NCBI GenBank assembly: GCA_902778645.1
Contig: CACYYO010000001.1
Location: forward strand, 2,951 to 66,950
Direction of reading: 5' to 3'
From: an uncultured Rhodospirillales bacterium
GTDB lineage: Bacteria; Pseudomonadota; Alphaproteobacteria; RF32; CAG-239
Length of the DNA: 64,000 nt
Position numbers and translations under genes: made by a program. Positions 37,490-47,278 of the stretch are shown here, one piece after another; the stretch's first letter is position 1; each line of letters begins with the position of its first letter. The notes under the pieces are model-generated. The model had not been told where the DNA came from. It did no database searches and saw only the letters and a program-made list of their open reading frames with translations.

Positions 37490-38676
37490 AGAAAACTTTC
37501 TCCGTATTTAAGCGGGGGAATTCCTAAATGTGAAGCGACACTTTGTCCCAAGTCAGCGTAAGTCTTGCGATGTCCGAGAGGTGCTGTCGGGGCGTGCTTG
37601 CCAAAAACCAGCACGGGGACTTGCTCACGGGTATGGTCTGTTCCCTTATAGGTCGGATCGTTACCGTGGTCGGCTGTTATAAAAACAAGATCGTCATCTT
37701 TTAACAAAGGCAATAACTCAGGTAAACGGCTGTCAAAATATTCCAGAGCCTGAGCATAACCTTTGACATTGCGACGATGTCCGTAAAGCATGTCAAAGTC
37801 TTCAAAATTGGTGAAGATTAAAGAAAAATCTGGGGCAGATTTGACGGCCTCTACAGTTGCCCGCCAAAGGTTGGGGAGTTCGGCGGTGTGGATTTCTTTT
37901 GTTATGCCGCGGTGAGCATAAATGTCGTTGATAGCGCCGATTGCCCAAACATTACCGCCTGAGGCTTTGATCTCATCAAGCAAAGTCGGACCAAACGGTT
38001 GGGCTGTGTAATCGCGGCGGTTAGTGGTGCGGGTAAAGTCTCCGGCTTTTTCCCCAATAAAAGGTCGTGCAATAATTCGTCCGATGTTGTAGGGTTGAAC
38101 GTGTTTGTAGGCTATTTCGCACAGTTGATATAAATTTTGCAGGCCAAAATGTTGTTCGTGGGCGGCAATTTGCAAGTTGCTGTCGGCGGACGTATAAAAA
38201 ATCGGTAATTCTGATTGGATATGCTGTTCGCCGAGTTCTTGGATGATGATGGTTCCAGAAGCGGCTTTGTTGCCCAGGATGCCTTTAATACCGCTTTCTT
38301 GGCAGATTTTATCGATTAATTCTTGAGGGAAAGAGGGGTAGTCCGGTTTGAAGTGCCCCCAGCCTTTCAGATTTGGGAGCCCGGCCATTTCCCAATGTCC
38401 GGAGACAGTGTCTTTATCTCGGCTGATTTCTTGCATGTGACCGAAGGTATGCGGTACGGACATGAGGCTTGGTGGTGAGGGAAGAGAAATTTTGACTTGT
38501 GATGCTTCCGTGCAGGCTTGTGCCAGCCCCAAATACAACAAATTCGGGATTCGCAGAGAGGGATAATTTTCGGCAATGTGGGCAAAGGTATTAGCGCCAT
38601 CGTTGTCAAATTCTTTGGCATCCGGTGCTCCGCCGATACCGAAAGAATCCATCATGAGAATAATAGCTCTACTCAT
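37486..38676 (-). CDS. deoB: phosphopentomutase
   Basis: ILMMDSFGIGGAPDA at the N-terminus and ITADHGNDPTYKGTDHTRE near the C-terminus. Confidence 0.95.
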   Translation of the reverse strand: MSRAIILMMDSFGIGGAPDAKEFDNDGANTFAHIAENYPSLRIPNLLYLGLAQACTEASQVKISLPSPPSLMSVPHTFGHMQEISRDKDTVSGHWEMAGLPNLKGWGHFKPDYPSFPQELIDKICQESGIKGILGNKAASGTIIIQELGEQHIQSELPIFYTSADSNLQIAAHEQHFGLQNLYQLCEIAYKHVQPYNIGRIIARPFIGEKAGDFTRTTNRRDYTAQPFGPTLLDEIKASGGNVWAIGAINDIYAHRGITKEIHTAELPNLWRATVEAVKSAPDFSLIFTNFEDFDMLYGHRRNVKGYAQALEYFDSRLPELLPLLKDDDLVFITADHGNDPTYKGTDHTREQVPVLVFGKHAPTAPLGHRKTYADLGQSVASHLGIPPLKYGESFL

Positions 38677-38677
38677 G

Positions 38678-39991
38678 TCATGCTCCTATTTTTTCAATAA
38701 TTTCCGCAGATAAGGTCGGGACAGTTTCCGAAATAGTGATGTTATTCAATATATTTTCAGAAGCGCGGGCAAAATCAGCCTCTGATTGTGCATGGATAAA
38801 GCATAAAGGTGTTTTTTGATCAACCTTATCGCCGATTTGGCAAAACCGGCTGAAGCCGGTAGCAAGGTCTAATTTTTGGTCAGATCGTGTTCTGCCGCCT
38901 TTGAGTTCAATCAGGGCCAAGCCGATATTTCGGGTTTGCATGGCTGAGATGTAACCTGTTTTTTGAGCATATACGGGGCGAATGATTTTTGTTTGGGGCA
39001 AGTATTTTTCGGGCTTGTCGCAAAAATCAGTCGGACCACCTAAAGTTTTGGTCATGCGGGCAAATATTTCGAGAGCTTTACCGGAATCTAAAGCTTGTTG
39101 CAATTTTTGCAGAGCATTTTGCTTATCTGTTGCCAGGTGGGCGTTTATCAGAAGCTCGGCGCACAGTTCCATGGTTATTTTGTGTAATCGTGTATTTCTG
39201 TGATTGCCTTTCAGGTAATCAATTGATTCTTGTACTTCAAGGGCGTTACCGACAGTATGTCCCAGAACTTGGTTCATGTCTGTCAGCAAAGCTGTGGTTT
39301 TTGTGCCGGCGAGATTGGCAACACGGACAATAGATTGGGCAAGTGCGCGGGCATCTGCCAAATTATCCATAAAAGCGCCGTTTCCGCATTTGAGGTCCAT
39401 AACCAGATATTGCAAGCCGGCAGCCAGTTTTTTGGAAAGGATAGAAGCTGTAATAAGCTCAATTGATTCTACGGTTGCGCAGACGTCTCTGATGGCATAT
39501 ATTTTTTTGTCGGCAGGGGCAAGATTTCCGGTTTGACCGATAATGGCACATCCCACATCTTTGACGGTTTGATGAAAAAGGTGATTGTCCGGGGTTGTTT
39601 GGTAACCGGGGATAGAATCGAGTTTGTCAAGCGTGCCGCCGGTGTGTCCCAATCCGCGGCCGGAAATCATTGGAACGAAGGCGCCACATGCGGCCAGCAT
39701 CGGGGCTAACATCAGGCTTACTTTGTCGCCGACACCGCCGGAAGAATGCTTATCAACAACCGGTGCCTCAAGGTCACTCCAATTCATAATGTCACCGGAA
39801 TCGCGCATGGCTAACGTTAGGGCAGTTGTTTCTTCTGCGGTCATGCCGTTGAGTAAAATGGCCATAGTCATGGCTGCAGTTTGACTGTCCATGATGGTGC
39901 CGTCCGTTACACCGGCGATGAATTCTTTTATTTCTTCAGAACTGAGGATTTGTTTGTTGCGTTTTTTACGAATTATTTCTTGAGGAAGCAT
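38678..39991 (-). CDS. deoA: thymidine phosphorylase
   Basis: MLPQEIIRKKRN...L...EI..FI.G, DKHSSGGVGDKVSL, and SGRGLGHTGGTLDKL. Confidence 0.95.
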   Translation of the reverse strand: MLPQEIIRKKRNKQILSSEEIKEFIAGVTDGTIMDSQTAAMTMAILLNGMTAEETTALTLAMRDSGDIMNWSDLEAPVVDKHSSGGVGDKVSLMLAPMLAACGAFVPMISGRGLGHTGGTLDKLDSIPGYQTTPDNHLFHQTVKDVGCAIIGQTGNLAPADKKIYAIRDVCATVESIELITASILSKKLAAGLQYLVMDLKCGNGAFMDNLADARALAQSIVRVANLAGTKTTALLTDMNQVLGHTVGNALEVQESIDYLKGNHRNTRLHKITMELCAELLINAHLATDKQNALQKLQQALDSGKALEIFARMTKTLGGPTDFCDKPEKYLPQTKIIRPVYAQKTGYISAMQTRNIGLALIELKGGRTRSDQKLDLATGFSRFCQIGDKVDQKTPLCFIHAQSEADFARASENILNNITISETVPTLSAEIIEKIGA

Positions 39992-39992
39992 T

Positions 39993-40727
39993 TTAATATC
40001 CTTGTTTTATGGTTTGTAATAAGTCATCAAGCAGTGAACTGGCGCCAATGCGAAAATTTTGGGGAGTTAGCCAGTCGTTGCCCATAATTGATTTGGCCAG
40101 CAGGAGGTATTGTTTTGCATCCATGGTGGTTTTGATGCCGCCGCTGGCTTTGAATCCGCTTTGGTATTTTCCGTCGTGAATCGTCTCTAGCATTATATTG
40201 GCGGCTTCGTATGTGGCAGAAATTTTGGTTTTTCCGGTTGATGTTTTGATAAAATTAGCGCCGCTCATAAGCGCCATCAGAGAGGCTTCTCGTATGCGTG
40301 AGGCGAGTTTCAGTTCTCCGGTTTCTAAGATGATTTTGGTGGTTTTATTGAGGCAAGTTCGGCCGACTAACTGTAAAAAATCCGCACACAGGTTGAGGTT
40401 TCCCGCTAAAAAATCTTGGTATGGAAATACGGCATCAATTTCGTCTGCTCCGGCGGTTAATGCGTTTTCTATTTCTTTTTCGACTTTGGATAGGTCGGCA
40501 TTCCCGTGCGGAAAATTAACGACAGTTGCTATTTTAATACCACTATCGGCAAGTTCGTGTTTGGCCGTTGATATGAAGCGGCTGAGAATGCAAACGGCGG
40601 CCGTGTTGCCGTAGGGGGTTTGGGCGCGATGACATAACTCAGCAACGCTGTAACTGGTATCTTTATTGCTGAGCGAGGTTAGATCAAGAAGTCCTATGAG
40701 TTTTTTGGCGGCAGTGACGTTATCCAT
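39993..40727 (-). CDS. deoC: deoxyribose-phosphate aldolase
   Basis: IDLTSL, VCI....., VVNFPHG, FIKTSTGK (Schiff-base Lys) and KASGGI. Confidence 0.92.
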   Translation of the reverse strand: MDNVTAAKKLIGLLDLTSLSNKDTSYSVAELCHRAQTPYGNTAAVCILSRFISTAKHELADSGIKIATVVNFPHGNADLSKVEKEIENALTAGADEIDAVFPYQDFLAGNLNLCADFLQLVGRTCLNKTTKIILETGELKLASRIREASLMALMSGANFIKTSTGKTKISATYEAANIMLETIHDGKYQSGFKASGGIKTTMDAKQYLLLAKSIMGNDWLTPQNFRIGASSLLDDLLQTIKQGY

Positions 40728-40729
40728 AA

Positions 40730-41533
40730 TTACTCCTTCAGGTAAGACGTGATGAGTTTTGCTAAATCGGCACAGGCTCGTTGACCTTGTTCAAGTGTTT
40801 CGTGGTGGGAGGTTGTGCTTTGGGACATTCCGGTTCCGTAATTGGTGATGACGGATAATCCGAGGACTTTGATATTACAGCGTGCCGCACAAATAACCTC
40901 AGGAACGGTTGACATACCGACGGCATCGGCACCGAGAATCCGAAAGGCTTTAATTTCTGCGGCTGTTTCAAAATTTGGTCCGAGCACCATCAGATAAATA
41001 CCCTGACGCAGTTTGATGTTTATCTTATCGGCAATATTTTGCATTTTTTTTCGTAAATCAGCAGGGTACGCATTCGCTAGAGAAGGAAAGCGAGGACCAT
41101 ATTTTTCGTCATCTTTGCCGACGAGGGGATTGAGACCGCTGAAGTTAATGTGGTCGGTAATCATCATAATGCTACCGGGGGTTATATCCGGATTGAGTGA
41201 TCCGGCAGCGTTTGTAATGATAAGTTGTTTAATACCAAGGGTTTTGAAAACCTGGATAATGGTATTAATTATTTGTGGGTTGTGTCCTTCGTAGAGGTGG
41301 AATCGTCCCTGCATGCACAGTACTTGATGATTGTGGAGCTGGCCGACAATCAATTGTCCTTTGTGACCGGCAACTGTTGTTTGCGGGAAACCGGGAATAT
41401 CAGTATAGGGAAGAACAATCGGATTGTTGATTGTATCGGCAATGCTTCCTAATCCCGATCCCAAAATAATGGCTGTATCGGGATGATAGTCTCCAATGTG
41501 TTGTCGGATAAAGTCGGCAATTTTTTCTATCAT
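40730..41533 (-). CDS. punA: purine nucleoside phosphorylase (trimeric PNP/PunA type)
   Basis: AIILGSGLG, IPGFPQTTVAGHKGQL, MQGRFHLYEGH, TNAAGS and VGMSTVPE. Confidence 0.92.
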   Translation of the reverse strand: MIEKIADFIRQHIGDYHPDTAIILGSGLGSIADTINNPIVLPYTDIPGFPQTTVAGHKGQLIVGQLHNHQVLCMQGRFHLYEGHNPQIINTIIQVFKTLGIKQLIITNAAGSLNPDITPGSIMMITDHINFSGLNPLVGKDDEKYGPRFPSLANAYPADLRKKMQNIADKINIKLRQGIYLMVLGPNFETAAEIKAFRILGADAVGMSTVPEVICAARCNIKVLGLSVITNYGTGMSQSTTSHHETLEQGQRACADLAKLITSYLKE

Positions 41534-41931
41534 TTTTTCAGTTCCTCGGGGTTAAAAGAATAAGGGAGCAATTCGCTTATTGAAAGTGTTTTTTTGATTC
41601 CCTGAAAGTTTGCTAAATGAACTAAGGTTTCAGGTGTTGAAAATTCGGCTATTCTTTGTCTGCAGGCGCCACAAGGGGTGATGAGTTCTTGAGAATCGGC
41701 AATAACTAAAATTTCGCGAATTTGTGTTGCCCCGTTAGCAATCATAGAGGCAATAGCACCTGCTTCGGCGCATGTTCCGCAAGGGTAGGAGGCGTTTTCA
41801 ACATTGCAACCTGTGTATATTTTATTATCATCGGCTAAAATTGCAGCTCCAACCCTAAAGTGAGAGTAGGGGGCGTGGGCGTGAGAACAAGTTTCTTTCG
41901 CTCTCGAAAATAAATTCTTTACAATATCCAT
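41530..41931 (-). CDS. cdd: cytidine deaminase
   Basis: NVENASYPCGTCAEAGAI and PCGACRQ zinc-ligand motifs. Confidence 0.93.
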   Translation of the reverse strand: MDIVKNLFSRAKETCSHAHAPYSHFRVGAAILADDNKIYTGCNVENASYPCGTCAEAGAIASMIANGATQIREILVIADSQELITPCGACRQRIAEFSTPETLVHLANFQGIKKTLSISELLPYSFNPEELKK

Positions 41932-42041
41932 TTTTTGTGCTTTCCATTATTAAGAGTATGATTATGTATTAATTAATATTATATATAATAATTAATTTTC
42001 CGCAAATATTTTATTCCGTTTATCGGAACAGGAGAAAAGCT

Positions 42042-45000
42042 GTGAAAAAATTTATAATTATGGTTATCGGATTGGTTACTGTTGCCATTATTGCCGCTTC
42101 TATTTATGTGTCAACGATTGATTGGAACAAGCATAAAGGGGCGTTGTCTGCGCAGTTGGCAGAGATTACCGGTAAAAAAATATCCTTCAACGGACCGGTC
42201 AGTATGTCGGTATTTCCGATGCCGTATATCACAGCTAAAAATGTGGTTGTTTACAGCTCAACCAATCAGAATCCTGATAAACCTCTCATGAAAATAGATA
42301 ATTTAGTGGCCAGACTTTCTTTCTCGGCTTTGCTGGGGGGGAGTTTTGATGTCAAAATGATGTCGCTGGTTAAGCCTAAGGTTTTTATCGAGTATACAGA
42401 AAATGGTCTTAACTGGTTAGATGACGCTCAGACAAAAGACGATGTCGAGATGAAAGATGTTCATATTGCCTTGGATAGTGTTTTGCTTTCGGACGCCACA
42501 GTGCAAATTGTTGATGAACAACACAATATCAATACAACATTGGAAAATTTAAAAGCTGAGATTGTGGCAGATTCTTTGCACGGTCCATATCGTATTGATG
42601 GCAGCTATATGAAAGACAATAGTCCGCAGGGTTTTGCTATTTCGACCGGTAATTTATCTGATAGCTTTGCTTCGAATCTTAATTTTGTTTTGAGCCAGCC
42701 TTCTTCAGATACTTATATTCGTTTTGACGGAACCTTTTTGCTTAGTAATGAGGCCTTAAACGGTAATTTGATGATTGAGTCTAAGAAATTTAAGGAATTT
42801 TATGCCACAATGATTCCTTCGGCTCCTTTAGGGGATTACTGGGATGATAATTTAGAGGCTTCAATGGAACTCAAGGTTAATCAAACTCAGATGGAATTGG
42901 CTAACATTATCCTGAAGTATGGTAAAACGGCCGGTGCCGGCAATATCATTGTTCCGTTAAAGAGTAAAAGTTATGTTATCGGTGAAGATGATGACGCAAA
43001 AAGAGATATTACTCTTAAATTTGATATGACAGAGTGGGATTTGGAGCCTTTTGTTGCACTTATGAAAGAATATGTCAGAGAACAAATGGCAGAGGGGGCA
43101 ATCTATGATCCCCATATTCCGTTTGATATGAATGTTAATCTTACGGCATTAAAGGCTGAATATAATGATCAAATTATCAAAGATTTCAATCTCAAGATGA
43201 GCTTGCTTGATAATGTTTGGAATGTTACGGAGCTGAGCGGGCAATTCCCGGGAAATACACAAGTCAGCGGTGTCGGTAAAATATTTTCGGTAGAAGACGT
43301 CTTATCTTATACCGCAACTGTTGAAGCTGAAGCAGAAAACTTAAAAAAAGTGCTGGATTGGCTTGAAATTCCGGTAACGACAGTTGCTAATTCAACTTAT
43401 CAAAAATCGACATTAAATGCGTCAATTGTCGGTGATATGCGGGCTATTCAGGTTTCTCCGTTTACATTGTCTGTTGATAATACTGTTTTAAACGGACATT
43501 TTGGGGCTAAAAGAGGTCAGCCGAATCATTACGGTTTAGAGATTACAACGGATAATATCATTTTGGATAATTATCTGCCCAGAGTTTTGGTAGGGCATGA
43601 AGAGGATGCCTTGCAGATTATCTCTGATTTATGGGCAGCTACAGGATGGGCAAATGATGTTGATGTTGATTTTAAGCTGACAGCGGGGTTGTTGATTTAT
43701 GAAAAAATATCTTTTGAGAAATTGCAGCTGAGTGCGTCTTTGCAAAAAGGAATTTTGAATATTCAAAATTTAAATATAGAAGATGTTCTTAAGGCAAATG
43801 TGGCTGTTAATGGGGAAATCGGAGGCTTCGGTGATAAATTGAAGCTAAGCAACTTAAATTATAAAATAACAGTTGCGGATTTTGCACCTTGGATGGAAAA
43901 GTTTAAAATTGAGAATCCTGATATAAATCTTAATTTTTTCCAGCCATTTACATCAGAAGGTGTCGTCTCTATGAATACCGGAAGAATTTGGATTAAGGCA
44001 GATAATAGAAACGGAAATGTGGTGTCTTCTTATAATGGTCGTGTCAGTGAAGCCGATGCAACGTATAATCTGGAGGGCGATTTGCAGCTTAGGGCGCCGC
44101 AGATTTCTGATTTACTCAAAAACTTAAAAACGAAATATATCCCGCAAGATGATAAGCTTGGACGTTTGGCCTTAAAGGCGCATATTCTTGGCAGTTTAGA
44201 TAATTTTAAGCTTTCAGATATGGTTATGAGTATCGGTTCTAATATATTTCAGGGAACAATCGGAATTGATAAAATGAGGTCGGTTCCTTATATGGCGGCA
44301 AACTTAAAAATTAATCGATTTGAAGCAGATCGCTTTTTACCTAAAAATGAAAATAACGGAGTGTTGTTTGAAAAAGAGCAAACTGCCCAAAATGTTACTT
44401 TTTGGAGTAAGCCTTATTTAAGTGATAAGCCCTTTAATCTCTCTCAATTTGATAAGTTGCAATTTGCGTCTGATCTAGAAATTAATGAGTTATTGTTTAA
44501 AAATAAGTTGTTTAAAAATGTCAAAACAAAGTTTGAGAATCGGAATGGGGCGCTTTCTCTAATCGGTTTTAAGGCCGGCTATAATGATGGTGATGTTATG
44601 GCTAATTTAAAACTTAATCTTTCGGATGCGCCGCGCTTGAGTGGTGATGTCAGTATAACGAATCAAAAAATTTATGATATGGGATTAGTGGGTAGTGTAT
44701 ATGGGCTCAAATCCGGTGTCGTTGAAGTAAATGCTTCGCTAGACAGTTCGGCACATTCTCCTCGTGATATTATTGACCACTTTACAGGAACGGTCAATTT
44801 GAATATTAATAATCCTGTTGTGGTTGGTTGGGATTTTGACCCGATAGCAGATGATTTGCAGCTTAGAAAAATCAGTGATGGTCTGGTCTCTGTTTTGAAT
44901 GAGAATTTAAGAAAAGGAGAGACTACATTTAATAAGTTTAGCGGCAAAATCAGTTTTAAGGATGGTGAGTGGGCTATAGACAGAGCATCTTTCTTGTCTG

Positions 45001-46196
45001 ATGATGCGTATGTCGATATTTCCGGTCAAGGTGCTTTGGCTCCCTGGCAGATGAATAGTACGTTTTCTGTTCAGTTAACAGATATTAAGACGTTGCCCCC
45101 GTTTGCATTTGTTCTTAAAGGTGATATGGCTCGTCCGGAATTGGAAGTTGATCCCTCTCAAATTACGAAGGTTTATGATGAACAACAAGCAGCAGTAGCT
45201 GCGGAAAAGAAACGCAAGCAGGAAGAATATGAACGTGACTTGCGAGATCAGGTTGAATCGCAAAGAGTTTTGTTGGAAGAAGTTAAGGGACTGTTTAAGG
45301 AGTTTGTTGAAAATACATATCGTCCTTTGTCCAGCAAGTTTTCGGATGAAAAATATAAAGAAGCATTGTCTAAAATAGAAGATAAATTAAAGGGTCAAGA
45401 GAGGCAATTTGCTGAAGCGGATAGCATCTTATCTCAAACGGATATAAAGCCACAATATCCCGAGCAATTGGCACAGATTAATAAACAGGCAAAGGAATTG
45501 ATTGGTGCTGTCGATGAAGAGATCCATGCGTTGTATATGCAAAATTTAAAAGATCAAATTTCACGTCATTATCAGAGTATTGATAAACTTGTAGCAGAGA
45601 AAACGCAACTTATGCAGGATAGTTTGGCCGAAAAAGGACAGCAGTTGGCGAAGTTGGATGATATTCAAACAAGCTATAAATTCCAGTATGATTCTCAGTA
45701 TGAAACTTTGGCAAATGCTATTGCAGAGCAAATGAAAGCTTTTGATAATATTGTTCAAAATGCTGATGTTTATTATATTGATGTGGCAACAGAGGACGAT
45801 GTTACAGTACTTGAGAAATATGTTGTGGAAAGCTCTGAAATGCTTGTAAAAGCTCAAAAACAAAGTGAGCAATTGAAAGAGAAGGTAAATGAATATCTAA
45901 AATATATGAGGGACAAGGTTGCAAGAGAAGATGAAGCTTATAAAAAACGGCTGCAATCTGATGCAGCACTGAAGGCGCAAAAAGAGGCTTCTTCTGTTTC
46001 TTTGCCGCAAAATAAAAAAACAATTATTTTAGTACCCTCTTCTGTTGACGAGGGGGGAGACGGACAAGTCGTTGAAATACAGCCGCAAGCCGTACCTGTA
46101 ACAGAAGATGAAGTTTTATCGGAAGATTGGGAGGTTAATTTGTTTAATCCTAATGAATCTGCCGGGACAGCCAGCGGCGTTGTTCGCCGTAAATAA
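42042..46196 (+). CDS. AsmA-family envelope protein with long C-terminal coiled-coil/acidic extension
   Basis: N-terminal TM plus AsmA start (MKKFIIMVIGLVTVAIIAASIYVSTIDWNKHKGALSAQLAEITGKKISFNG), a beta-rich body, and a last ~340 aa that is E/K/Q-rich (EKKRKQEEYERDLRDQVESQR...). GTG start. Confidence 0.8.
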   Translation: MKKFIIMVIGLVTVAIIAASIYVSTIDWNKHKGALSAQLAEITGKKISFNGPVSMSVFPMPYITAKNVVVYSSTNQNPDKPLMKIDNLVARLSFSALLGGSFDVKMMSLVKPKVFIEYTENGLNWLDDAQTKDDVEMKDVHIALDSVLLSDATVQIVDEQHNINTTLENLKAEIVADSLHGPYRIDGSYMKDNSPQGFAISTGNLSDSFASNLNFVLSQPSSDTYIRFDGTFLLSNEALNGNLMIESKKFKEFYATMIPSAPLGDYWDDNLEASMELKVNQTQMELANIILKYGKTAGAGNIIVPLKSKSYVIGEDDDAKRDITLKFDMTEWDLEPFVALMKEYVREQMAEGAIYDPHIPFDMNVNLTALKAEYNDQIIKDFNLKMSLLDNVWNVTELSGQFPGNTQVSGVGKIFSVEDVLSYTATVEAEAENLKKVLDWLEIPVTTVANSTYQKSTLNASIVGDMRAIQVSPFTLSVDNTVLNGHFGAKRGQPNHYGLEITTDNIILDNYLPRVLVGHEEDALQIISDLWAATGWANDVDVDFKLTAGLLIYEKISFEKLQLSASLQKGILNIQNLNIEDVLKANVAVNGEIGGFGDKLKLSNLNYKITVADFAPWMEKFKIENPDINLNFFQPFTSEGVVSMNTGRIWIKADNRNGNVVSSYNGRVSEADATYNLEGDLQLRAPQISDLLKNLKTKYIPQDDKLGRLALKAHILGSLDNFKLSDMVMSIGSNIFQGTIGIDKMRSVPYMAANLKINRFEADRFLPKNENNGVLFEKEQTAQNVTFWSKPYLSDKPFNLSQFDKLQFASDLEINELLFKNKLFKNVKTKFENRNGALSLIGFKAGYNDGDVMANLKLNLSDAPRLSGDVSITNQKIYDMGLVGSVYGLKSGVVEVNASLDSSAHSPRDIIDHFTGTVNLNINNPVVVGWDFDPIADDLQLRKISDGLVSVLNENLRKGETTFNKFSGKISFKDGEWAIDRASFLSDDAYVDISGQGALAPWQMNSTFSVQLTDIKTLPPFAFVLKGDMARPELEVDPSQITKVYDEQQAAVAAEKKRKQEEYERDLRDQVESQRVLLEEVKGLFKEFVENTYRPLSSKFSDEKYKEALSKIEDKLKGQERQFAEADSILSQTDIKPQYPEQLAQINKQAKELIGAVDEEIHALYMQNLKDQISRHYQSIDKLVAEKTQLMQDSLAEKGQQLAKLDDIQTSYKFQYDSQYETLANAIAEQMKAFDNIVQNADVYYIDVATEDDVTVLEKYVVESSEMLVKAQKQSEQLKEKVNEYLKYMRDKVAREDEAYKKRLQSDAALKAQKEASSVSLPQNKKTIILVPSSVDEGGDGQVVEIQPQAVPVTEDEVLSEDWEVNLFNPNESAGTASGVVRRK

Positions 46197-46292
46197 TTAA
46201 GTTGTTTATGCTTTGTCTCAGGACTTGAGAACACGTTTTTTTGTGATATATTAAGCTCATTGAGTAATTATTTTATTTTTAGGAGTTTTAGT

Positions 46293-47183
46293 ATGTTCAA
46301 AAAGCCAGAAGTTTGTATACTTCCCGTTGCCGGTTTGTCGACCAGAAATCTTCCTTCTACAAAAGTTTTGCATAAAGGTTTTTTAACTTTGCACAGCCGT
46401 CCGATTATTCAATATGCGGTTGATGCTTGTGCCGAGATTGGCATTAAGGAAATTATTTTTATTTACAGCGATCAATCTTGCAAGCACCTGTATGAAAATT
46501 ATTTTGCGCCGTATCCTTGGTTGGAGAACCATTTGCGGGAAAAGAATAAATTAGATTTATTAAAAGTTGTGCAGGATATTATTCCTCATGGAATGAAGTT
46601 TTCTTTTGCTGCTCAGAATGAACCAAGAGGTAATGGGCATGCTGTTTTAATGGCAAAAGAATTGGTCGGTGACAGAGATTTTATCGTTATGTGGCCGGAT
46701 GATGTTTATGTTAATATCCGTGGAGAGGGTGTTTTGAAACAGCTGCTGGATGTTTATGAGCAGGAAGGCGGTATGGTGATTAACATCATGGAGTTTCCTC
46801 GAGAACAAATGGTTCGTTACGGAGCTTTGGTCAGTTGTGTACGCGATGGGCGTAAGGTGTTGGCTAAAGGTTTGGTAGAAAAGCCGTCACTGGAGAATGT
46901 TCCCTCAACTTATGCCAGTATGGGACCCTACATTATCCCGAATGAAGTGATGGATATTTTACCCGAAGTTCAAAAAGGAACTAATGGTGAGATTAATTTG
47001 ACAGATGCGCTTTCTTTAGCAGCACAGCGAGGGACGAAAATCACGGGCGTTTTGTGCGATACCATGCGTTTCGATTGCGGAACAAATAAAGATTTGGAAA
47101 AAGCAAACTTGAAGTTATCCCTGATGGAAGATCCGGAGTTGAGAAGGTATTGTCGCGATTTGCTCAACAATATGCTTGTTTAA
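46293..47183 (+). CDS. galU: UTP--glucose-1-phosphate uridylyltransferase-like nucleotidyltransferase
   Basis: ILPVAGLSTRNLPSTKV....L.....PIIQYAVDACAEIGIKEIIFI and EPRGNGHAVL. The start is moved to the ATG at 46293 (the track TTG is at 46260). Confidence 0.8.
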   Translation: MFKKPEVCILPVAGLSTRNLPSTKVLHKGFLTLHSRPIIQYAVDACAEIGIKEIIFIYSDQSCKHLYENYFAPYPWLENHLREKNKLDLLKVVQDIIPHGMKFSFAAQNEPRGNGHAVLMAKELVGDRDFIVMWPDDVYVNIRGEGVLKQLLDVYEQEGGMVINIMEFPREQMVRYGALVSCVRDGRKVLAKGLVEKPSLENVPSTYASMGPYIIPNEVMDILPEVQKGTNGEINLTDALSLAAQRGTKITGVLCDTMRFDCGTNKDLEKANLKLSLMEDPELRRYCRDLLNNMLV

Positions 47184-47187
47184 AAGA

Positions 47188-47278
47188 CGCTAAAGTCCCG
47201 TCATACTTGTAACTTTTCTCCTAATGTAGCTGGTTGTACATGTCGTCGAAAAGTTGCGGCGTAGCACGGGGCTTTACT
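47188..47278. repeat. long imperfect inverted repeat in the galU/ygjP convergent gap
   Basis: The left arm taaagtcccgtcatacttgtaacttttc (47191-47218) is set against the right arm gaaaagttgcggcgtagcacggggcttta (47248-47276). The outer blocks taaag/cccgt/aacttttc are complementary. The right arm covers the ygjP stop codon. Confidence 0.65.
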
